A DNA stretch of 64,000 bases. Source: an uncultured Melioribacter sp. (GTDB taxonomy: Bacteria > Bacteroidota > Ignavibacteria > Kapaibacteriales > Kapaibacteriaceae). The position numbers and the translations under genes are program-made. Below are positions 59,030 to 64,000 of the stretch, one piece after another; position 1 is the stretch's first letter, and every line of letters starts with the position of its first letter. Where the stretch lies: the NCBI GenBank assembly GCA_964393485.1, contig CAYMTW010000002.1, forward strand, positions 9,140-73,139. The letters are read 5' to 3'. The notes beneath the pieces were generated by a model. It saw only the letters and a list, made by a program, of their open reading frames with translations, did not search any database and was not told the origin of the DNA.

Positions 59030-60033
59030 GAGGCATCCGTCATTGGCGGCAGAACCAGCTCGCAGCGCACGGCCGCGCCGTCATGGACCACGTCGATGTG
59101 TGTGCCGGCATGGGCGTACTCGCCACGCACGTAGCCCAGGGCGTAGAAGCTCGTGCCGTCAAGACCCGCGATCACGCTGGTGATGAGTCCCACGGCCGCG
59201 CCTTCGGCCATCACCGGGTCGTCCTGTGTCAGCGGCAGGGGGCTTACAAACCCCATGATGCGCTGCTTGACCTTGTTGTAGGAATCCAGGCGGGCCACCA
59301 CTTCCTGGCCGATATAACAGCCCTTGGTAAACGACGTTAGGTGCAGGAGTCCGGCCTCGAGCGGGTTGTAGGAGAGCGTCCACTCGTGTCCGCGCCGGCC
59401 CATGCCGGCCAGCACGCGGATCGCCTCAACATCCTCGTCGCTCAATTGCGGAAGTTCGTCGGCTGATGCCAGCAGGTGCACGCGCAGAGCATCAATGGCC
59501 TCAGGGCTGCCAAGGATCCAGAAGGACACTTCGGCCGGCGATGGCAGGCGAACGATGCGCAGTTCGCCCTGCGGGGTCTCGAGCGTGGTCCACTGGGCAA
59601 TGGTAAAGGCCGAGACATCGATCTCAGTAAGCTGGGCGACGATGTCGGCCGCGCGTGGACCCAGCACCTCGACGGCATCGAACTCCGAGGAGCGATCACG
59701 CAGGCGAACATCGTCCATGATAACGTACTTTCGTACCCACTGGATGATCTCCGAAGCGGCCTCTGGCGAGCCCAGCAGAAGCGTCGAGGCGTCGTCCTGC
59801 AGGAGCGTCACAACGTCGATGATGCGGGCCTTATCGGTCAGCAGCACCGTCTGGCGTCCGCTGCCGGAGGGCATCGAGCGCAGGTCGTTCGTGGTCAGGC
59901 GGTGCAGCAGATCCACGCGGTCCGCCCCGGTCAGGTCAATGACCGTAAGTCCGGACCGGTTGGCCCAGGCCGCATGGTTCAGGCATGACTGCCGTCGGCG
60001 TCGGATGTCGTCGATCGTCACTGTCGGTATCAT
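59020..60033 (-). CDS. ygfZ: Folate-binding Fe-S cluster repair/assembly protein YgfZ (GcvT-like fold)
   Basis: A 337-aa ORF with a GcvT-like N-domain (VIDLTGADRVDLLHRLTTNDL) and the C-terminal KGCYIGQE motif characteristic of YgfZ. Confidence 0.7.
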   Translation of the reverse strand: MIPTVTIDDIRRRRQSCLNHAAWANRSGLTVIDLTGADRVDLLHRLTTNDLRSMPSGSGRQTVLLTDKARIIDVVTLLQDDASTLLLGSPEAASEIIQWVRKYVIMDDVRLRDRSSEFDAVEVLGPRAADIVAQLTEIDVSAFTIAQWTTLETPQGELRIVRLPSPAEVSFWILGSPEAIDALRVHLLASADELPQLSDEDVEAIRVLAGMGRRGHEWTLSYNPLEAGLLHLTSFTKGCYIGQEVVARLDSYNKVKQRIMGFVSPLPLTQDDPVMAEGAAVGLITSVIAGLDGTSFYALGYVRGEYAHAGTHIDVVHDGAAVRCELVLPPMTDASCR

Positions 60034-60070
60034 TTTCTCACTTGTAAAACGCCCGCAAACCTACGAAACC

Positions 60071-62029
60071 ATGATCGTCCTTGCCGTCCTGATTCTGCTG
60101 CTCGCCCCATGCGCCGATGCTGCTGCCCAGCGCGTGCCGTATCGCGTTCATCTGCGGGATAAGGGGCCCGGAGAATTCCGCCCCGGAACGCCGCTCTACG
60201 ACAGCATTGCACGCGAGTATCACCCGCAGGCTCTTTCGCGCCGCAGCACTGCCGGCATGGCGCCTGTGCTGGACAGTCTGGATCGCCCCCTGCACGGGCA
60301 GTATGTGGACCAGATCCGGGCTATCAGCGACAGCGTGCTAACGTCGAATCCGTGGTTCAATTACATCGTCGTGGGATTGGACTCAAATCAACTTCAACGC
60401 GCGCGTCAGCTGGACTTTGTGCGCTCGGTCAGCCCCTGCCGCAGCGTTTCCTATGTTCTTGGTCAACCTGAGGACTGCACTCCCCCGCCGGACGAGCTTT
60501 CGACGCCGATGCTCGAGGTCGGCAACGTCAATCGCATGCATGACCTGGGCGTGTATGGTCAGGGGGCTCGCATCGGCGTCATCGACAACGGCTTTCGCTG
60601 GCGCAGCATGCGCGCTCTGGGGCATCTGAGCGTTGAGAAAGAGTATGACTTCATCTATCGACGTCCGGTAACGTCCAACCAGGACAACGACCCCGGCGCG
60701 CAGGATCACCACGGAAGTCTGATCATGTCCGTGGCTGCGGCCTGGCACACGGACTCGGTCATGGGCGTGGCACCGTTTGCCACCTATCTGCTAGCCAAGA
60801 CCGAGGACATGCGCTATGAGCGCCGGATCGAAGAGGACCTGTATGTCGAAGCGCTCTGGTGGCTCGAGAAAAACGGCGTGGATATCTCGTCGTCGTCGCT
60901 TGGCTATCGCACCTTCGACAGTACCGACGAGTCGACGCCGTACGAGCTGCTCGACGGACGCACGACGTTTCCGGCACGGGCAATCAACGTCGCCACATCC
61001 CGGGGCATGATCTGCGTAACGGCGGCCGGCAACGAGGGCCCGAAGGGGCGTTCAATTTCTACTCCCGGCGACGCCGACAGTGCCGTGACCGTGGGGGCGA
61101 TCTCGCTTGACGGAACCACGGCCTGGCCTGCCTCCTCGTGGGGGCCGACAGCATCGGGACGTCAGAAGCCGGACTTCTCGGCTCCGGGCATGCGCGTACC
61201 GTCGCAGTTTGTTGATGGCAGTATCATCCGGGCCAGCGGCACCTCTCTAGCTACCCCGTTTGTTGCCGCTCAGTTCGGCCTGCTGCGTCAGTTGTATCCG
61301 GCGCTGCCGGCGAGCATCATCCGTGATGCCATGCGCCGTGCCTCGGTCTATGCCGACGCGCCCGATTCCGTGCTGGGTCATGGTGCGGTGGACATCGTCA
61401 CGGCGGCCTGCCTGCTGGGCCCGAAGATCACCGAGCCGGCCGTGGTCACGGTCGAGGGAAAGACCGTCATTCTTGCGCCCATCTTCTCCACTGATGTGCT
61501 CGAGCCCGAGCTGCAGATGTCATCGCCGGACAGCACAAGAAGTACCGTCATCATTGGACGTCGCATTGTGGGTCAGTTTTACATGTTTGAGCTTGACGAA
61601 CGGGTGTTTGACGCCGGTAAGGCGCGCTATCGCATCATCGCCATGCAGAAGGGCGGCAGCATGGACGTCTATCCTCCGGTCGGCCATGCAGACGTCACCC
61701 AGCGCGGCGTTTCGGTGCCCTGCGGCATGCGTCTGCCGTCGGTACTTGTATCTGTTGCCGACGACCGACCGCGGCATTCCTTGCCTGTTGTCACGGGTGC
61801 GCCACTGGCCACGGGTGCGCGTGAGCTTGCCGTGTCGGGCCTTGTGCAGGCCCCCTACCGCCTGCGTCTCATCCATATTGTGACGGGTCAGGTCATCGAG
61901 GCCGACCTTCTCGGACACGATGAACGCCGGACCTCCGTCATGGCGCCTTCGGGTCTGACCTCCGGAGCATGGATCCTTGAATGCCGGACGCCGGACGCGC
62001 TTGTGCACCTGCCATTTGTGGTGATCTAA
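60071..62029 (+). CDS. Secreted subtilisin-family (S8) serine peptidase
   Basis: The start is at MIVLAVLILLLAPCADAAAQ (signal). Catalytic triad motifs are present: Asp (IGVIDNGF), His (HHGSLIMS), Ser (GTSLATPFVAAQ). The ORF track's 875-aa ORF from 59402 is an antisense run-on and is rejected. The C-terminal ~100 aa form a beta-rich domain that could be a sorting tag. Confidence 0.8.
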   Translation: MIVLAVLILLLAPCADAAAQRVPYRVHLRDKGPGEFRPGTPLYDSIAREYHPQALSRRSTAGMAPVLDSLDRPLHGQYVDQIRAISDSVLTSNPWFNYIVVGLDSNQLQRARQLDFVRSVSPCRSVSYVLGQPEDCTPPPDELSTPMLEVGNVNRMHDLGVYGQGARIGVIDNGFRWRSMRALGHLSVEKEYDFIYRRPVTSNQDNDPGAQDHHGSLIMSVAAAWHTDSVMGVAPFATYLLAKTEDMRYERRIEEDLYVEALWWLEKNGVDISSSSLGYRTFDSTDESTPYELLDGRTTFPARAINVATSRGMICVTAAGNEGPKGRSISTPGDADSAVTVGAISLDGTTAWPASSWGPTASGRQKPDFSAPGMRVPSQFVDGSIIRASGTSLATPFVAAQFGLLRQLYPALPASIIRDAMRRASVYADAPDSVLGHGAVDIVTAACLLGPKITEPAVVTVEGKTVILAPIFSTDVLEPELQMSSPDSTRSTVIIGRRIVGQFYMFELDERVFDAGKARYRIIAMQKGGSMDVYPPVGHADVTQRGVSVPCGMRLPSVLVSVADDRPRHSLPVVTGAPLATGARELAVSGLVQAPYRLRLIHIVTGQVIEADLLGHDERRTSVMAPSGLTSGAWILECRTPDALVHLPFVVI

Positions 62030-62032
62030 CGC

Positions 62033-62665
62033 ATGAACATTCTTCTTACCGGTGCCCGCGGCGAACTGGGCAGCGTGGTGCATTCTGTGTTGCTCGAGAA
62101 GGGGGCCGATGTTGTTGCAGCGGATCGCGACAGTGTTGACCTGACCAACCACGAGGAGTGTCAGCGCTACATCTCGGCCCATTGCGGGCACATCACGGGC
62201 GTGGTGCATCTTGTGGGCGGCATCCGTGCCGGAGAGCCCATTGCCACGACCCCGGCCGAAGACGCCGATGTGATGATGCAGCTCAACTACACCACCACCT
62301 TCAACGTGCTGCGTGCGGCCATGCCTGTGCTGATCGCCAACGGTGGCGGCTCGATCGTCACCATCGGCGCGCGGGCCGTGCTGCACCCCGTGGCACGCCG
62401 GGCCGCCTATGCGGCTGCCAAGGCTGCCGTGGTCTCTCTCACTCTTTCGGCCGCCGAGGAGGGTCGCGTGCATGGCGTGCGGGCCAACTGCATCATTCCG
62501 GACGTCATCCGCACTTCGGCCAACCTTACCTGGGGCACGCCTGAGGAGATCGCCACTTGGGTCAGACCCGAGGAGATCGCCAGCGCTATCGCCGAGCTCT
62601 TGCAGGTCGAGTGCGCCATCACCGGCACCGTGATCCCGATGCTGCAAACCTCGCGGAGGCGGTGA
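62033..62665 (+). CDS. Short-chain dehydrogenase/reductase family protein (short, 210 aa)
   Basis: N-terminus MNILLTGARGELGSVV (TGxxGxxG), plus YAAAKAAV (YxxxK). It starts 4 nt after the S8 stop. Confidence 0.6.
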   Translation: MNILLTGARGELGSVVHSVLLEKGADVVAADRDSVDLTNHEECQRYISAHCGHITGVVHLVGGIRAGEPIATTPAEDADVMMQLNYTTTFNVLRAAMPVLIANGGGSIVTIGARAVLHPVARRAAYAAAKAAVVSLTLSAAEEGRVHGVRANCIIPDVIRTSANLTWGTPEEIATWVRPEEIASAIAELLQVECAITGTVIPMLQTSRRR

Positions 62666-63999
62666 TGCAGGGCAACGTACGTTCCACCTTCAGTTTTCTG
62701 CTGCACTACTACCGTCCGTACCGCTGGCAGATGTTTCTTGCACTGCTGTTCATGATCCCCAGTAGCGGCGTAAGTCTGCTGTTCCCTGCTCTAACGGGGC
62801 GCATCATTGACCAGATCCTCGAGCACAGTCAGCCCTCGACGCTGATGTCCACCGGGGGCTTCTTCCTTGCCATGCTTACCGGTCAGGCCATTGTGGGCTA
62901 TGTGGTGTCGGTTACGATGTCCCGCACGACCGAACGGGTGATCTCGACGCTTCGCTCGGACCTGTTTCAGCACATTATCCGCCTGCCCCTTTCCAAGATG
63001 TCGGGACACCGCATTGGCGAGCTCTCTTCGCGCATCTCCAGCGACATGACGCAGATCCAGGAGACGTTTTCGTTTTCGCTTCTGCAGCTGGTGCGCCAGA
63101 GCATCTTCCTGGTTGGCTCGATCGTTCTGATCCTTGCCACCAGTGTACGCCTGACCATTCCGATCATCGTTGGCATGCCCATCATTGTTGGGGCGGCCGT
63201 GCTAATCGGACGTCGGCTGCGCAAGCTCAGCACGCGCACGCAGGATGCCCTTGCAAAGACCTCGACCATTGTCGAGGAGGCCCTGCAGAGTATCTCTGCC
63301 GTCAAGTCCTACGTGCAGGAGCAGCAGGAGATCACGCGCTACACCTCGGCCTTGTCGGAGAACGTGCGCCTTGCCATTCAGGGGGCTCGCCTGCGCGCGG
63401 CCTTTGTAACGTTTATTATCTTCGTCGTCTTTGGCGGCATCGCTGCGGTGATCCTGTATGGGGCTCGTCTTGTGGAATCGGGCGACCTGCGCATGGGCGA
63501 ACTGCTGTCGTTTCTGATGTATGCGATGTTCGTTGGCGGCGCACTCGGCTCATTCGCCGAGCTCTACGGTCAGATCCAGAAGTCGCTTGGTGCGGCCGTG
63601 CGCATTCGGGAGATCCTTTCCGAGCCGGACGAAGAAGTGGGCGCCGACGCGCCCGAGGTGCGTCTTGGAGCGATCCAGCTTGACGGCGTGTCGTTCCGTT
63701 ATCCGGACCGTCAGGACGCGCTGGTGGTCAACAACATCAGCATTGAGATCCGCCGTGGCGAGCGCGTGGCATTTGTCGGCGAGAGCGGATCGGGCAAGTC
63801 CACCACGGCTGCGCTGCTGCAGCGGTTGTACGACCCAACCGACGGAAGCATTCTGTACGACGGTCAGCCGGCTTCGAACTACACCAAGGCCCAGGTGCGT
63901 CGCAGCATCGGCGTGGTTCCGCAGGACATCGTCCTGTTTGGCGGCACCATTGAGGAGAACATCCGCTATGGACGTCCTGGAGCTTCGTTCGACGACGTG
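62665..63999 (+). CDS. ABC transporter permease/ATP-binding protein (MsbA-like exporter). The 3' end is outside the window.
   Basis: A six-helix TMD (FSFLLHYYRPYRWQMFLALLFMIPSSG...) is followed by the NBD Walker A GESGSGKSTTAALLQRLYDP. The start overlaps the SDR stop by 1 nt, with GGAGG 5 nt upstream. Confidence 0.8.
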   Translation, partial: MQGNVRSTFSFLLHYYRPYRWQMFLALLFMIPSSGVSLLFPALTGRIIDQILEHSQPSTLMSTGGFFLAMLTGQAIVGYVVSVTMSRTTERVISTLRSDLFQHIIRLPLSKMSGHRIGELSSRISSDMTQIQETFSFSLLQLVRQSIFLVGSIVLILATSVRLTIPIIVGMPIIVGAAVLIGRRLRKLSTRTQDALAKTSTIVEEALQSISAVKSYVQEQQEITRYTSALSENVRLAIQGARLRAAFVTFIIFVVFGGIAAVILYGARLVESGDLRMGELLSFLMYAMFVGGALGSFAELYGQIQKSLGAAVRIREILSEPDEEVGADAPEVRLGAIQLDGVSFRYPDRQDALVVNNISIEIRRGERVAFVGESGSGKSTTAALLQRLYDPTDGSILYDGQPASNYTKAQVRRSIGVVPQDIVLFGGTIEENIRYGRPGASFDDV

Positions 64000-64000
64000 C

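Noticed and set aside
59402-60070. N-terminal 223-aa extension of the subtilase ORF (track ORF 59402..62029)
   Set aside because: The extension is antisense to ygfZ, which is well supported. The real start is the ATG at 60071, which immediately precedes a signal peptide.
61520-62647. 375-aa minus-strand ORF across the S8 peptidase 3' end and the SDR gene
   Set aside because: It is antisense to two genes with clear catalytic motifs. The composition is R/G/H-rich and the ORF is spurious.
1-64000. Search for CRISPR arrays, rRNA/tRNA genes, integrases, transposases and phage genes
   Set aside because: No direct-repeat/spacer periodicity, no rRNA-like conserved blocks, no tRNA-sized structured intergenic segments and no recombinase or transposase motifs were seen. 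Intergenic spacers are all under 150 nt.

Overview
This is a high-GC (~60-63%) bacterial chromosomal segment, densely coding, with many ATGA/GTGA/TTGA start-stop overlaps and frequent GTG/TTG starts. Several starts are preceded by GGAGG-like Shine-Dalgarno sequences. Most of the window is housekeeping: prmA, mfd, tsaB, purB, ftsY, pgsA, rnhB, folE, queD, glmS, meaB, pepA, deoA, an rdgB fusion, ygfZ and an ABC exporter. Lineage markers are two giant proteins ending in Por/T9SS-type C-terminal sorting domains, a CarbopepD_reg-type TonB-dependent receptor followed by a DUF4249-like lipoprotein, and an OstA/LptD-like protein. These point to a high-GC member of the Fibrobacteres-Chlorobi-Bacteroidetes group (Rhodothermus/Salinibacter-like), but I cannot verify the organism from the sequence alone. 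I found no rRNA, tRNA, CRISPR array, integrase or transposase. The least ordinary parts are as follows: (i) a minus-strand run of four mutually related secreted glycine-rich proteins (8117-13314), preceded by two small membrane proteins and a membrane-anchored protein of unknown function, which is my best candidate for an undescribed cell-surface system; (ii) a tandem pair of ~1300-aa T9SS cargo proteins (30389-38452) built from Ig-like and ASH-like beta-sandwich repeats and bracketed by clean intrinsic terminators; (iii) a ferredoxin / amidohydrolase / ATP-grasp-like three-gene operon; (iv) an RdgB(Ham1)-carboxymuconolactone-decarboxylase fusion; (v) a CxxCH cytochrome-c module fused to FG-GAP/VCBS repeats. 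Every functional call is from motif recognition by eye. No database search was run.
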